64,000 nucleotides of DNA from Nitrosopumilaceae archaeon (GTDB taxonomy: Archaea; Thermoproteota; Nitrososphaeria; Nitrososphaerales; Nitrosopumilaceae), in NCBI GenBank assembly GCA_965200155.1, contig CBDATR010000024.1:288001-352000 (forward strand), read 5' to 3'. The notes under the pieces are model-generated. The model had not been told where the DNA came from, did no database searches, and saw only the letters and a program-made list of their open reading frames with translations. Of this stretch, positions 39,952 to 50,840 are shown piece after piece. How positions within the stretch are numbered: position 1 is the first letter of the stretch; each line of letters opens with the position of its first letter. The translations under genes and the position numbers were made by a program.

Positions 39952-41985
39952 ATGATAGCTGAAATGCTTCCAATCGGTGCCGGAATTGCATCAATATTGG
40001 TCGCAGTAGGCTTGGTTGCGTGGATATCAAAGCAGAACCCCGGAACACCTAAAATGCTGGAAATCTCCGAGGCTGTACGGGTAGGGGCTGCGGCATTTTT
40101 GCGCCGAGAGATGAAGATTATAATCCCTGTGGCCATAGGCTTGTCTGTAATAATAGGTGCCTTTCTGAACTACACCAATGGCATAGCATTTGCGGTGGGG
40201 GCCGCCCTGTCTGCTGTAGCCGGATTAATATCGCTAAAGATAACGGTAAAGGCCGCTGTACGGGCAGCCAACATGAGTGGCGAGGGACTTGGTAAAACTT
40301 TTGCCATGGCTTTTAGGGGTGGCGCCACTGTGGGTCTCATAATACCAGCCATGGCGTTACTGGCCATAACTGGACTGTACATAGCATTCCCGGATCCTAT
40401 TACAATAGCTGGGGTAGGCATAGGCGCAAGCTTGATCGCCTTGTTCATACGCATTGGTGGGGGCATATTCACAAAGGCTGCCGATATGGGGGCAGACTTG
40501 GTGGGAAAGGTGGAGGCAAACATACCTGAGGATGATCCGCGTAACCCCGCTACCATAGCTGATAATGTGGGCGATAATGTGGGCGATGCCGCAGGCATGG
40601 GTTCGGACGTTTATGAGTCGTATATAGTCACTATATTGGCATCCTTGCTGATAGCTGCACTTATCGGGGCACCGGATATTTTCCTGTACCCTATAATGGT
40701 AGGTGCCGCAGGCATGATAGCATCCATAGTGGGTGTGGTTATGGTCAGGGGCAACAATATTACAGACGTCATGTCGCCGCTAAATCGTGCATTCTATGTA
40801 TCGGCGGCCATAGCCATAGCACTTAACTTTGTCTTTATTACACAATTTGTCGGTGGTGATGCCACATACGCGCTGTTTGGTGCCACTGTGATCGGTGTGA
40901 TTTTGGTGCCTGTGATTCAAAAGATTACGGACAGGTACACCAGCTACAAATTTGGACCGGTTAACGAGATAGCAGAATCGGCCAAGTGGGGTTATGCGTC
41001 ACTAACACTGATGGGAATAATCAAGGGGTTGCAGTCCACCGGTCCATTCATGATAGCCTTGGTATCTGCCATCATTATCTCATTTGCTATATCTGCCACC
41101 GCAGCCCCTGAAGGAGCAGACCCGCTACTGTACGGGATATTTGGCACATCACTCACCGCCATGGCCATGCTGAGTCTGGCAGGAATAGTACTTAGTATAG
41201 ATGCCTTCGGCCCCATAGCGGACAACGCGGGAGGGATAGTGGAGATGACCGGCATGGGAGAATCAAATCGTAAGGTCACCGATGAGATTGATGCTGTGGG
41301 CAATACAACCAAGGCTGTTACAAAGGGCTTTGCTATCGCCAGTGCAGCCTTGGCAGCCTTGGCAATGATACAAGCCTTCCAGTTTGAAGCAGCTCATGTA
41401 TTTGAGGGGATGTTGAGTCTGGATTACTCGCTAACAAATCCGGCCGTAGTCATAGGTCTTATAGTTGGGGGGCTGATACCGTTCATTATAACCGGCCAGC
41501 TCATAAACGGTGTCTCGCGCGCGGCAGGCAAGATGGTTGATGAGGTGCGCAGGCAGTTCAAGGAGAATCCTGGCATACTTACAGGCAAAACCAAGCCTGA
41601 TTATGCCAAATGCGTGGACATTGCAACTGTTGCATCAATACGGGAGCTGTGGAAGTCTGCAATTATAGCCATCATATCGCCCATAATATTGGGCATATTG
41701 ATGGGCCCTACCGCGGTGGCCGGACTGCTGATGGGCTCCGTTGTCACTGGAATATTCTTGGCATATCATTTGGCGAATACTGGTGGAGCTTGGGATAATG
41801 CAAAAAAGCTAGTTGAGATGCGTGGCGAGAAAGGCAGTGAACAACACAAGGTAGCAGTAGTGGGAGACATAATCGGAGATCCCTACAAGGATACCGCGGG
41901 ACCGGCGCTTAACACGGTGATTAAGCTCCTGAATACCGTCGCCATTGTATTTGTGCCTGCATTTGTGGCAATCATAATGTTGTAG
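39952..41985 (+). CDS. hppA: Membrane-bound H+-translocating pyrophosphatase (GNTTK suggests K+-independent)
   Basis: DMGADLVGKVE, EDDPRNP, DNVGDNVGD, GDPYKD. Confidence 0.97.
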   Translation: MIAEMLPIGAGIASILVAVGLVAWISKQNPGTPKMLEISEAVRVGAAAFLRREMKIIIPVAIGLSVIIGAFLNYTNGIAFAVGAALSAVAGLISLKITVKAAVRAANMSGEGLGKTFAMAFRGGATVGLIIPAMALLAITGLYIAFPDPITIAGVGIGASLIALFIRIGGGIFTKAADMGADLVGKVEANIPEDDPRNPATIADNVGDNVGDAAGMGSDVYESYIVTILASLLIAALIGAPDIFLYPIMVGAAGMIASIVGVVMVRGNNITDVMSPLNRAFYVSAAIAIALNFVFITQFVGGDATYALFGATVIGVILVPVIQKITDRYTSYKFGPVNEIAESAKWGYASLTLMGIIKGLQSTGPFMIALVSAIIISFAISATAAPEGADPLLYGIFGTSLTAMAMLSLAGIVLSIDAFGPIADNAGGIVEMTGMGESNRKVTDEIDAVGNTTKAVTKGFAIASAALAALAMIQAFQFEAAHVFEGMLSLDYSLTNPAVVIGLIVGGLIPFIITGQLINGVSRAAGKMVDEVRRQFKENPGILTGKTKPDYAKCVDIATVASIRELWKSAIIAIISPIILGILMGPTAVAGLLMGSVVTGIFLAYHLANTGGAWDNAKKLVEMRGEKGSEQHKVAVVGDIIGDPYKDTAGPALNTVIKLLNTVAIVFVPAFVAIIML

Positions 41986-42023
41986 ATTAGTGAGGCAGTG
42001 TCAACATAATGCTGATTGAAGTA

Positions 42024-42428
42024 TCATTGCAGAATCAGACGTATCTCTACTATATGACCATTATGCAGCCATACTCTACATGTATCATTTATGCCAGAGT
42101 ATATTATCCAGGCCACCGGATTTAGGCGCATATACTTCCTGTCGGTTTCAGAAGGTACTGCATCGGAAGTGGGGTGGGAATGAAATATGCCTACCACATC
42201 AAGATCATGTTGTGCGGCGTATATGTACACAGACACTAAATCTTCATCCGATATGGAAAACCTGACGGGCGAGTGAGCGCTGTTAGGCACAATCAGAACT
42301 TTTCTTGTTATCCATACGCTGTCCTTTGTGTCTCCTAGCAGTACTGCGCATGTCTCCATGGGTGCATATGATAGGGCATGTCTTCTGAGCTCATCCAGAC
42401 TACTCTTGTCTATGTATATACCGTTCAT
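42024..42428 (-). CDS. JAB/MPN+ (M67) metalloprotease
   Basis: E…FHSHP…PSETD JAMM motif. Confidence 0.93.
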   Translation of the reverse strand: MNGIYIDKSSLDELRRHALSYAPMETCAVLLGDTKDSVWITRKVLIVPNSAHSPVRFSISDEDLVSVYIYAAQHDLDVVGIFHSHPTSDAVPSETDRKYMRLNPVAWIIYSGINDTCRVWLHNGHIVEIRLILQ

Positions 42429-42458
42429 GCCACCGATATCTGTACGTCAGATGTATTC

Positions 42459-43322
42459 TTACTCTACCATTGTGGCATTTGATGGTTCCGCGTCACCAAA
42501 GAGATCCGACTCTTCGGCAGGAGCGGGCTCTTCTATTACGAATACAGATGTCATCCATGGGTGAACAAGACAGAAGTACTCGTATTCTCCTACATCCAGA
42601 TCCGATGTGTCCAATTCGTAGGTTGCATCAAACGCCATTAGGCCCGAGTCAAAAGTCTCTCCAACATCTGGCATGCTTGTCACAGTGTGGGCTACCAGAT
42701 CTTCGTTATACCATTGTATACGATCCCCCTGTTGTACTGTAAAGCTATCCGGACTGTAATCTGGATTGGTCTGATCCTCAGAACCCTCCAGTACAATGAC
42801 CTCGAAGGTATTGCCCGTGAACGGCTCGGGCTCTACGGGTTCCTGTACAACGGGTTCCGGTGCCTCAACTAGGTATGCTGTGGGTCCCAATAACCCAAAG
42901 GCCACATATGTGACTATGCCTGCAGCCGCAGCCATGGCAAATATTCCGCCCAACGGCTTTGTATACTGTGGCATCTTTGCAGCTATATACGCCATAATAA
43001 TTGAAGGGAATGTTATGGCCAACAGTATGCCTGCAAAGACTCCAGTGGTACTCACTGTATTAAACAGGAATCCCGCAGTTCCAAAGGCAAGCGATATAGA
43101 TACAACGACTAGAGCAGTAGCCTTGGCGCGATTGCTTGTAGATACGCCCCCATCCAATATGCCGGTAGCTAGGAATATCAGGCCTAGTATCAGTGTTAGT
43201 CCAGTCAGGGCGTGCATGCCGTCTATAAACGTGTGAGCTATGCCAGCATAGGATATTGTAACCCCCGCCAAGCCTATGGCAGTCAGTCCCATTCCGGGCA
43301 TCATAAGATCCCAGTTACTCAT
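42459..43322 (-). CDS. Multi-TM protein with a C-terminal blue-copper (cupredoxin) domain
   Basis: About 5 TM segments; HTVTS and YFCLVHPWM copper ligands. Confidence 0.9.
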   Translation of the reverse strand: MSNWDLMMPGMGLTAIGLAGVTISYAGIAHTFIDGMHALTGLTLILGLIFLATGILDGGVSTSNRAKATALVVVSISLAFGTAGFLFNTVSTTGVFAGILLAITFPSIIMAYIAAKMPQYTKPLGGIFAMAAAAGIVTYVAFGLLGPTAYLVEAPEPVVQEPVEPEPFTGNTFEVIVLEGSEDQTNPDYSPDSFTVQQGDRIQWYNEDLVAHTVTSMPDVGETFDSGLMAFDATYELDTSDLDVGEYEYFCLVHPWMTSVFVIEEPAPAEESDLFGDAEPSNATMVE

Positions 43323-43374
43323 TCAAGGGCGTGTCTTTATCATTCGTAATTAATCCTTTTGGATAACTGGAGCT

Positions 43375-43656
43375 GCAATAGTTTGGACCACCCAAGTAAT
43401 TTTGCATATGCCTCCAAGTCATAGACTAAATCTAGCTATTCCACGCGATGTTTGCATGACAATGCAGCACGGTATACGTTATGGCGCGTTACATAAGTCT
43501 GTGGCATACAAAACTGAGATTACGTAACAAATGTATGACCAGAGACTTACAATTGCGGCTATGAGGCTGCCACAGTTCATTTCTTACAGGTTTGCATATG
43601 CTTACCCTATTGTGCCATGAAAACACACCTCAATTTGGGGCGACCTAAACGGTTAC
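43375..43656. mobile_element. MITE family 2, diverged, with a probable family-3 insert
   Basis: Ends TTGGGGCGACCTAAACGGTTAC; internal CATAAGTCTG…CAGAGACTTA. Confidence 0.6.
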
Positions 43657-43705
43657 ATTGATTACCAGCGAAATTTATATAACATACCGATTTCAATTCC
43701 ATAAC

Positions 43706-43975
43706 ATGATACCCATCATAGGAACACTGCTAAACATACTACCATCAATCGCGGGACAACTCGGCCCTAACTACGATCCGTTGTTTTACGATGTAATGAT
43801 TTACATATTTGGTACAATTATGTTTACGGTATTCCTTCTAGGAATTATTGCGTTCTGGTTACGTGTACACGGATGGGCCTACAAAGACAACCGTGAGAGA
43901 TGGATTGATGAGTTGGATAAACACTTCGAGAGAGAAGGTATTGGTCTTATCCCAGATAACGGTAAGTATTGGTAG
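43706..43975 (+). CDS. Small single-TM protein
   Basis: 89 aa from ATG 43706; TTTATATA box ~25 bp upstream; T-tract after the stop. Confidence 0.75.
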   Translation: MIPIIGTLLNILPSIAGQLGPNYDPLFYDVMIYIFGTIMFTVFLLGIIAFWLRVHGWAYKDNRERWIDELDKHFEREGIGLIPDNGKYW

Positions 43976-44056
43976 GACCATTTTTTCATCTTTTTGAATG
44001 ATTAGGGGCACCTTGCTCCCTTAATTTGTATAAGTTATTGCATCATTGGCGGTATG

Positions 44057-44140
44057 GCGAACGCCATAATTCTTTGACATGCAAGACGGGGATTGTATGT
44101 GACATGTAGGATTTGTTGCCCAGAGACTTATCGTAGCCAC
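44057..44140. mobile_element. MITE family 3
   Basis: Matches 53727-53809 and the reverse complement of 4027-4112. Confidence 0.65.
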
Positions 44141-44174
44141 CATGTGTCTCATTTGGTGTACAATGCTCAATATA

Positions 44175-44487
44175 GCTGTCACCATAAGTCTTTTACTATG
44201 ATTTTCGTGGCACCTCGTTCCTGGGCACCACATGGCTTTGGCTTGTCACCATTATTACCGCCCCGGACGACACGCTCTGCCACCCCATACAGGGAAACCG
44301 GTTACTAAACGTCGCGTTGATATCGGCGTGAAACTCCTGGTTACATATTGAATGTGTCCCTAGTTGATCGTAATTTGTTGTCAACGTGTCCACACACGTG
44401 ATAGGTCTAGCTCGTTGGGCGGGTAAACCGCCCCTCGTGTATTTCGCTGGCACAGTCACCAATTCAATCCCTAGTGCCTCGCACTTT
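44175..44487 (-). pseudogene. tnpB: TnpB C-terminal relic copy 2
   Basis: Reverse-complement paralog of ~9552-9901; HADINA motif. Confidence 0.8.
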
Positions 44488-44890
44488 GTATGAGTTCACG
44501 TGTTTTGATCATTCACTAAGATATAGATTGGTATGATAATATTTTGCTTAAATACAAAATTTGCAATAAGAATCTAATGAGAAGACGCCGGTCCTATAAG
44601 GAATTGGAACTGGAAAAACAGATTCTTCAGGATACCCTTGCGTCTACCAAGAAAGATCTTGCACATTACAAAGAACGTCTGAGAATATTGGAAGCACATA
44701 TATCACACGCACCATAGAAGAAATACGAAATCACATGCAAGATTTCCAAATTATTAGGAATTATGTAAATGAATTGGAAGAGAAATTAGAAGAAAAACAG
44801 GGGAAAATTGCGGTAATCACAACGCGACTTAAATATTATGAGAATGCTCACTCGCCGTATGAGTTCACGTGTTTTGATCATATAATAAGA
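44488..44890 (+). mobile_element. IS66-family left end with transposase N-terminal relic; a second left end starts at 44857
   Basis: GTATGAGTTCACGTGTTTTGATCAT at 44488 and 44857; RLKYYENAHSP relic. Confidence 0.7.
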
Positions 44891-45036
44891 TAGAATGTGT
44901 CACAGTTTTTTAATTATAATTACATTCTGGCAACAACCTCGTTCATTACAGAAAGGCCCTGAGCCCTACATGTCTGAACACATATGGACATGCGGCGCAT
45001 GGCCCTTTCACCACCCTTTATCTGACTACTAATCTT

Positions 45037-45128
45037 GTATGAGTTCACCTGTGTCTAAATTTACGCATAACTGATCGCGGCAGTTAATGTGATTTGTGCA
45101 TAAGATTCCGGAAGACGTGAACTCATAC
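45037..45128. mobile_element. MITE1
   Basis: 92-bp consensus match; no clear TSD. Confidence 0.93.
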
Positions 45129-45277
45129 TATTCTACAAGTCTGTTGGGAGATGGGGGATTCTATGTGACCGGTGGAAAAATTCCTGCCCAGAGACTTGTG
45201 GCAGTCGCGGTGTTCCTGCTACGACATCCTGTATACTGCCAAATCTTGGCGGAAACACACCACAGTCAGTTAGTTCA

Positions 45278-45832
45278 CTATTCGTCTCTGCTGGGCGGCA
45301 TAAAGTCTTGATCTTCACTCTGATCACGATCTTTGGATACAAATTCTGCACGATAACGGGATCCGTCTTCCAGTAGTGTGTTAATGAAGTGTGGTGATCT
45401 CTCATTGTTTACATATATGACAGACCTTGATATCTCCATATCTCGTAACGGAAAGTCCCACATCCACAAAAAGTGCCCTATCTCAAAGGGATATTCGTTT
45501 TCCCATTCTGCATAGATGATGCCATCGTCACTCAGTGTGTACATGGACCTCTGGCATTCACCAAGCTCACCCTCCCCAAAACCTATGTTAGCAGGTATGT
45601 CTGCTCGTGCCCCGTCGACGTAGAGCTCCAGTGTTGCAGATATCCTATATGGGGTATTTCTGTCGTTTATGCACACTACGAGTGGATTGTCTGCATTTAG
45701 TACAAGCTGAACTGCAGCACTAATACCAGCTACAGAGAATCCTATTATGGCAGTCATAATGAGAAAGCGGATTGTCTTTTTGCGTTTGTAGGGATCGCTG
45801 GTTCCAGGCCAGTTCATGTGCATATTATGCAA
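45278..45832 (-). CDS. Hypothetical membrane-anchored protein
   Basis: N-terminal TM helix, IPANIG motif; exact start uncertain. Confidence 0.75.
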   Translation of the reverse strand: MHNMHMNWPGTSDPYKRKKTIRFLIMTAIIGFSVAGISAAVQLVLNADNPLVVCINDRNTPYRISATLELYVDGARADIPANIGFGEGELGECQRSMYTLSDDGIIYAEWENEYPFEIGHFLWMWDFPLRDMEISRSVIYVNNERSPHFINTLLEDGSRYRAEFVSKDRDQSEDQDFMPPSRDE

Positions 45833-46058
45833 TTATGTATGTTAAAGTCCTTTCGACAGTGGCGTAAGTGGAATGGTGTGATTTCTTGCATCGCTCATAT
45901 CCTGCACAAGTTGACATAATCATTATCGTACATAAATTCGGGCTGAGCGAACTAACATCGTCAATTTCTCCAAGCATCTAAACCATGGGTGTACACGGTA
46001 CAAATGAGCTGCACACAGACTGTTATACAAGTCCTTTTGGATCGGAAACAGCGTTTCA

Positions 46059-46373
46059 TTATTCGTCCATTATCTCGATGGTATCAAGCATGTCTTGATG
46101 ATCTGCCACAAAATATGTGATCTCATCTGAGTCTATCTCTAACCACTCGGACTCACCTTGATAAGGCAGAAAATCTTCTACAAACAGATTATCTTTACCG
46201 CTCAGTCGCACAACCACTTTGTTTCTTTTTGGTAGTATTCCAAATGGAAGCCGAATGACCTTGCCACGTCTTTGGGCTTGTAGGTTGAATTTGTAAGAAT
46301 CTCCCCGGAACACTACATCGCCAAAAAAGTAGCTCTGGAATATGTCTAATCGCTTTATGTGGAAATGTAACAT
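46059..46373 (-). CDS. Hypothetical protein downstream of amoB
   Basis: 104-aa ATG ORF. Confidence 0.75.
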   Translation of the reverse strand: MLHFHIKRLDIFQSYFFGDVVFRGDSYKFNLQAQRRGKVIRLPFGILPKRNKVVVRLSGKDNLFVEDFLPYQGESEWLEIDSDEITYFVADHQDMLDTIEIMDE

Positions 46374-46442
46374 GTATGTACTAACAACTGGATAGTTTAA
46401 GAGGATAACTCTCCCCTACGATTAATAAAATTAAAAAATTGC

Positions 46443-47012
46443 TCAGATAACTTGCCACGGTCGGGTTGCAAATGTTATGACATAGCCAACACCGATCAGT
46501 ATGGATTGATACATGATATTGGTATAGGGAATAGGCTTGATTATTGGATCGCCTTCTACTATAACCGTCTGCCCCGGTCCAAGTCCTGGACCCACTGAAG
46601 CCACATTAAGCTGGGTGTGGACATGGTATACGCCCGCTTCCAGCGCAATTGCGGATATAGAATAATCTGTTACGGAATTGCCTGCAATATCAAAGACATT
46701 GCCTGGTGGATCCCTAGCTATTATCTCCCATCTGTTTCCTGCATTGGTTGATTCTGAGAATATGGATATCCACCCTCGAAGATCTCTTTCTACCAAACTG
46801 GTAAGTTGCCCATTGAGCGTTAGTGTCTCACCGGTCTGAAGTGAAGATCTATTGAATGTCTCTCCTTCTATTCTTATGAAACGACTCTGAAGCTGTGCCT
46901 GAACACCATGAGCTTCGGCGGACTGAAAGAGTGAATCGACCCAATCAAATCCTAGCGTGCCCGTTGCTAGCACAAAACTTAGACTCAATACGATTAATTT
47001 TCTGTTTATCAT
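46443..47012 (-). CDS. amoB: Archaeal ammonia monooxygenase subunit B
   Basis: AHGVQAQLQSRF, GVYHVHTQLN, ATRPWQVI; 189 aa. Confidence 0.98.
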   Translation of the reverse strand: MINRKLIVLSLSFVLATGTLGFDWVDSLFQSAEAHGVQAQLQSRFIRIEGETFNRSSLQTGETLTLNGQLTSLVERDLRGWISIFSESTNAGNRWEIIARDPPGNVFDIAGNSVTDYSISAIALEAGVYHVHTQLNVASVGPGLGPGQTVIVEGDPIIKPIPYTNIMYQSILIGVGYVITFATRPWQVI

Positions 47013-47797
47013 TGATACCCCTTGTTATGACATAGCAATAGGTGATTGTTATAAGCATTTCTATTATTCTCGCAGAGAATTTCCACCAGTTTTTAAATAG
47101 ACATCTAATTGTGCTTAAAAACTAATGAGTAAACCCCTAATTGACCATAACATAAAACAGCAAATCTTGGCTGTCCCCACCTGTGGTGAGCAGTGTATTG
47201 AAACCAATCGGGAAAAGTCTAATCACAGGCCAAAAATCCGACAAGGTCAGATAATGGTGTAGAGTGGGGGTATCTTATGTCACTAATACGTAGTCGTTTT
47301 TTTGAACATACTCACGCATAAATTCAGGTATGTTAAATTCATGCGAACTTGAAGCCTATTTTTGGCTCCTGCTCCCAAATACTCTTGTTCAACTTGAAGG
47401 ATTCCAGGAACGCCATGTGCGTTGCTCCTGGGGTGGGCAACTTTGTTACGACATTTAACAAAGCACGAGGACATGGCTCTTAACCGTTTAGGCTAACTCC
47501 AATTAAGGACAGTCATACACTCCGTCGTGATACCGTCACCTCTGTGCACCGGATACAGATGCCGTGTGAGTCGTGCTCAGCTGTTACGCGACGCTTGTAT
47601 AACAAGGCGGCTCAATGCATGGCCTTGGATTACCGCCCGACATTATCATGAATGGATTCATGAGATGCGCGCTAAAGATTGTCGCTAAACTTGGTACACA
47701 TACAACTCGAGTACGGTCGCGCGTATCTCAATGAGATAGTTGGTTACACATAGCTCGCTTAAAAGGAATATATTCGAGTCTAAAACTCTCATACCTC

Positions 47798-48094
47798 ATG
47801 GTTAACATAAAGAATGCAAAAAACAGACGTAGTGATATAGAAGTAGAGGGTACTATCGAAGATCTCTCTGAGCCGCGTACTGTTACTACAAAATATGGTC
47901 AGGCCGAAGTCTGCGATGCTTATCTGGTAGATGAGGAGGACAGAATAAAGCTATCCTTGTGGGGGGATGACATAAAAAAAGTCAAGAACGGTGATAGAGT
48001 GTCCATCAAGGGTGCTTATACTAACACATACAAGAACGAAGTACAACTGAGCATACCCCGAAAGAATGGCATACTCGAAGTAATCTCCCGTTGA
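47798..48094 (+). CDS. Single-OB-fold ssDNA-binding protein (SSB/RPA-like)
   Basis: EPRTVTTKYG, IKLSLWGDD, GAYTNTYKNEVQL. Confidence 0.85.
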   Translation: MVNIKNAKNRRSDIEVEGTIEDLSEPRTVTTKYGQAEVCDAYLVDEEDRIKLSLWGDDIKKVKNGDRVSIKGAYTNTYKNEVQLSIPRKNGILEVISR

Positions 48095-48172
48095 ATGGCT
48101 TGTACTTTTTTAGATTACACACTCTTTCTATGGGTGGGATGCCCCTTGACCAAATTATAGTATGGATGTACT

Positions 48173-49258
48173 ATGCCTGAAGTGTGGCTTAACTATGGTC
48201 CGGTGGACGTGGTACTGAATATACGTGCAGAGAACTTGGATCGTATAATAACAAAACCCGGACCTTTGCTTGGTGTTGATTATATTGAGGAGCGCCTACA
48301 AAAAATTGACCTAACTAGTCCACAAACTCTGGTGTTGCTACAGGATACCGTGGCAATACGCAGCCTGATATCCATATTATATAACATGTGCGAAAAGCGT
48401 TCTTTGCCATTTCCAAAGATAGTGGCAAATCGGCAGATAGTCCAAAGTATAAAGTCAAATCTTCCACAAGGTAGTGCCGTCCAAGAGTACGACAAGGCCA
48501 GTCTCGACAGTGGTATGATCTTTGTTTCCGAGATATCTGGTGATGGTTTGTTTGGGTACGAAACTGTGTCAACTATGTTGCTTAGAATGTTCGGCCCTGA
48601 TGCAATGCTTGACGCATATGCGGCCAGGGATGCGGATACTCCCATGCCCTCTCATTTTACAAAGTCCTATCATATTGCCAATGAATTTGTAGAAAAGTTC
48701 GACATACTGTCTATCAACCTGACCAGTAGAGCTGGTGAAATATTGGATGTGCATGTAGGACATCCTTCCGCGTGTAACCCATCAAGGATGACCGGCTCCG
48801 CATATCCGGAGAGCGGTAATGTAAAGACTATAGTGGGCAGCACGGGCGCATCTGTCGCCAACGACACACTGGCACATGCCCTGTCATCTCTGTGGACTAT
48901 GTACAAGGGTCTGCGTTCTGGCGGGCAGGCTGTTCTGTTGGCCGAATGCGCCAGCGGTTTGGGGTCACCTGCAATAAGAGGCAGAATGGAGGGAAAAATG
49001 AGTCCAGAGTATATACATGATCCCCCCGTATATGCAGAGGGAATGGAGGATTTACTATTCTTGGATACGGTGTCTCGCGATATAGATGTAGTGTTGGTAT
49101 CTGCACTCCCGGAGTTTTATGTCTCGAAACTAAACATGAGTCTTGCCTTGCGTGCTCAGGATGCCTTGGACGCTGTATTACAACAAAATCCAAGGCGCAA
49201 GATCTTGGTACTAAGTGATGCCTCTGGCGCCATACTATGGAATAATTCCCGCGGGTAG
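48173..49258 (+). CDS. Conserved protein, possibly degenerate LarA/DUF2088-like
   Basis: WLNYG N-terminus and LLAECASGLG motif. Confidence 0.65.
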   Translation: MPEVWLNYGPVDVVLNIRAENLDRIITKPGPLLGVDYIEERLQKIDLTSPQTLVLLQDTVAIRSLISILYNMCEKRSLPFPKIVANRQIVQSIKSNLPQGSAVQEYDKASLDSGMIFVSEISGDGLFGYETVSTMLLRMFGPDAMLDAYAARDADTPMPSHFTKSYHIANEFVEKFDILSINLTSRAGEILDVHVGHPSACNPSRMTGSAYPESGNVKTIVGSTGASVANDTLAHALSSLWTMYKGLRSGGQAVLLAECASGLGSPAIRGRMEGKMSPEYIHDPPVYAEGMEDLLFLDTVSRDIDVVLVSALPEFYVSKLNMSLALRAQDALDAVLQQNPRRKILVLSDASGAILWNNSRG

Positions 49259-50323
49259 GGGGGCGCAAAGAACTGCCAAGACGATTATGGCCAAATATGC
49301 CTTCTTTCTACTACTGGGCAGTGGAGTCACTTCATCCAGCGTTGACGCAGATGGATTTCTCATACTAAGTATAAGTATGAGCAACGCCATAAACCAGTAA
49401 TTTAAGAGTACCAGCACCCCCATACTCCCAAAAGTTGCATACCTGTGGACGCGTTCGCTCATTAGCGTCCTTGCCATATGGCCACCGTCTAGTTGCCATG
49501 CAGGTAACAGGTTCAGGAAGGTGACCAGAAATCCTATCCAGGATGCCCATAGTATGGGGGTAAGGATCACTACATTGGGTTCTCCCTTCCCGAATAGTTC
49601 CAATGCACCGTACATGAAAAGTGACTCACCAAACTGAAATTCAGTCAGCATATTGGTACTCATAAGATACTGGGCTGTCTGCTCATCAATAAGTGGGGCA
49701 TTCCACGCACCTACCAAAGCCACAATAATGGCTATCACAACTCCTGCCACCGGACCCGCTATTGCAATATCAAAGAGTATCTTTCGGTTTACGGTGGGTC
49801 CGCCGGACCGTATAAACGCACCAAAGGTGGGTATTCCGATTATTGGTAAACCGGGAATGAAGAATGGCCAAGTCGTCTTGAGTTTATGCGCCTTCATGGC
49901 TATCAGATGGCCTGCCTCATGCACCCCCAATATGCCCAGCAGGCATAGCGTGTAAATGACGGCCATCTGAAATGGCTCGCCTACGTATACGATATTGTTT
50001 ATCTGCATCGTACGGTAATAGCCATCTACCATGACGAATACACAAACTATACCAAATAGTATGCGCGGTGTCCACACATTGCCAAGGAAACGACCGGGTT
50101 TTTGTAGGGTATACTGCTGGACTATTATGTACAGGCTCTGGTCTTGGTTAACCAGTCTGCAAATGTATCTACTATTTTCTAAAATACGGGCCAATTCCTT
50201 GAACTTCTCGGAATAGTTTGTATCACCAATGCGAAACTCCAAGGAATATGTACCGTGATTTGTGTCTATAACGTCAAACTTGGAATGGATAACGGTGATT
50301 ACATCATCCTTGGTTATGTCCAT
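49235..50323 (-). CDS. Site-2 protease (M50)
   Basis: HEAGH, AGP, NLLPAWQLDGGH. Confidence 0.95.
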   Translation of the reverse strand: MDITKDDVITVIHSKFDVIDTNHGTYSLEFRIGDTNYSEKFKELARILENSRYICRLVNQDQSLYIIVQQYTLQKPGRFLGNVWTPRILFGIVCVFVMVDGYYRTMQINNIVYVGEPFQMAVIYTLCLLGILGVHEAGHLIAMKAHKLKTTWPFFIPGLPIIGIPTFGAFIRSGGPTVNRKILFDIAIAGPVAGVVIAIIVALVGAWNAPLIDEQTAQYLMSTNMLTEFQFGESLFMYGALELFGKGEPNVVILTPILWASWIGFLVTFLNLLPAWQLDGGHMARTLMSERVHRYATFGSMGVLVLLNYWFMALLILILSMRNPSASTLDEVTPLPSSRKKAYLAIIVLAVLCAPLPAGIIP

Positions 50324-50425
50324 ATTCTATCTGTAACAGTCGATATTATGTCTTTTTTGGCATATGTGAGCAATACAGACTTTATCAGATTTGATTTATA
50401 AGCGCCAGTCCAATGATTAGGAGCA

Positions 50426-50839
50426 ATGAGTCTCACACCGCAGCAGCTGTATCAGGAACAAAAAATGCTAGAGGATCTTGATATAAAATTAGCCACAGAA
50501 GCACAGAAAATTAGAGACTACATAACAGAGGCCGGAAATGCCATTACTGCCATCAGGTCCATAAAAGGTGGAAAAACACTACAAACACTTCTCCCAATCG
50601 GGCCTGGCGTCATGGTGAAAGCAGTACTCTCTGCTGATGATTCACTTCCCGTTCATGTGGGTGCCGGTGTAGTACTGGAAAAGAGTGCCGATTCGGCAAT
50701 TCTGTTCTTGGAATCCAGAATAAAGGAGTACAACTTGTCTCTGAACGAGTCTGCTTCTGCACGACAGCAAGTAGCTGCAAAGATGAGCAAAAATGTCAAA
50801 TTACTAGAACAAATGCATGAGGCAAATTCTGCGAACTGA
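50426..50839 (+). CDS. pfdA: Prefoldin subunit alpha
   Basis: Coiled coils flanking LLPIGPG and VHVGAGV; located upstream of ftsY. Confidence 0.88.
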   Translation: MSLTPQQLYQEQKMLEDLDIKLATEAQKIRDYITEAGNAITAIRSIKGGKTLQTLLPIGPGVMVKAVLSADDSLPVHVGAGVVLEKSADSAILFLESRIKEYNLSLNESASARQQVAAKMSKNVKLLEQMHEANSAN

Positions 50840-50840
50840 C

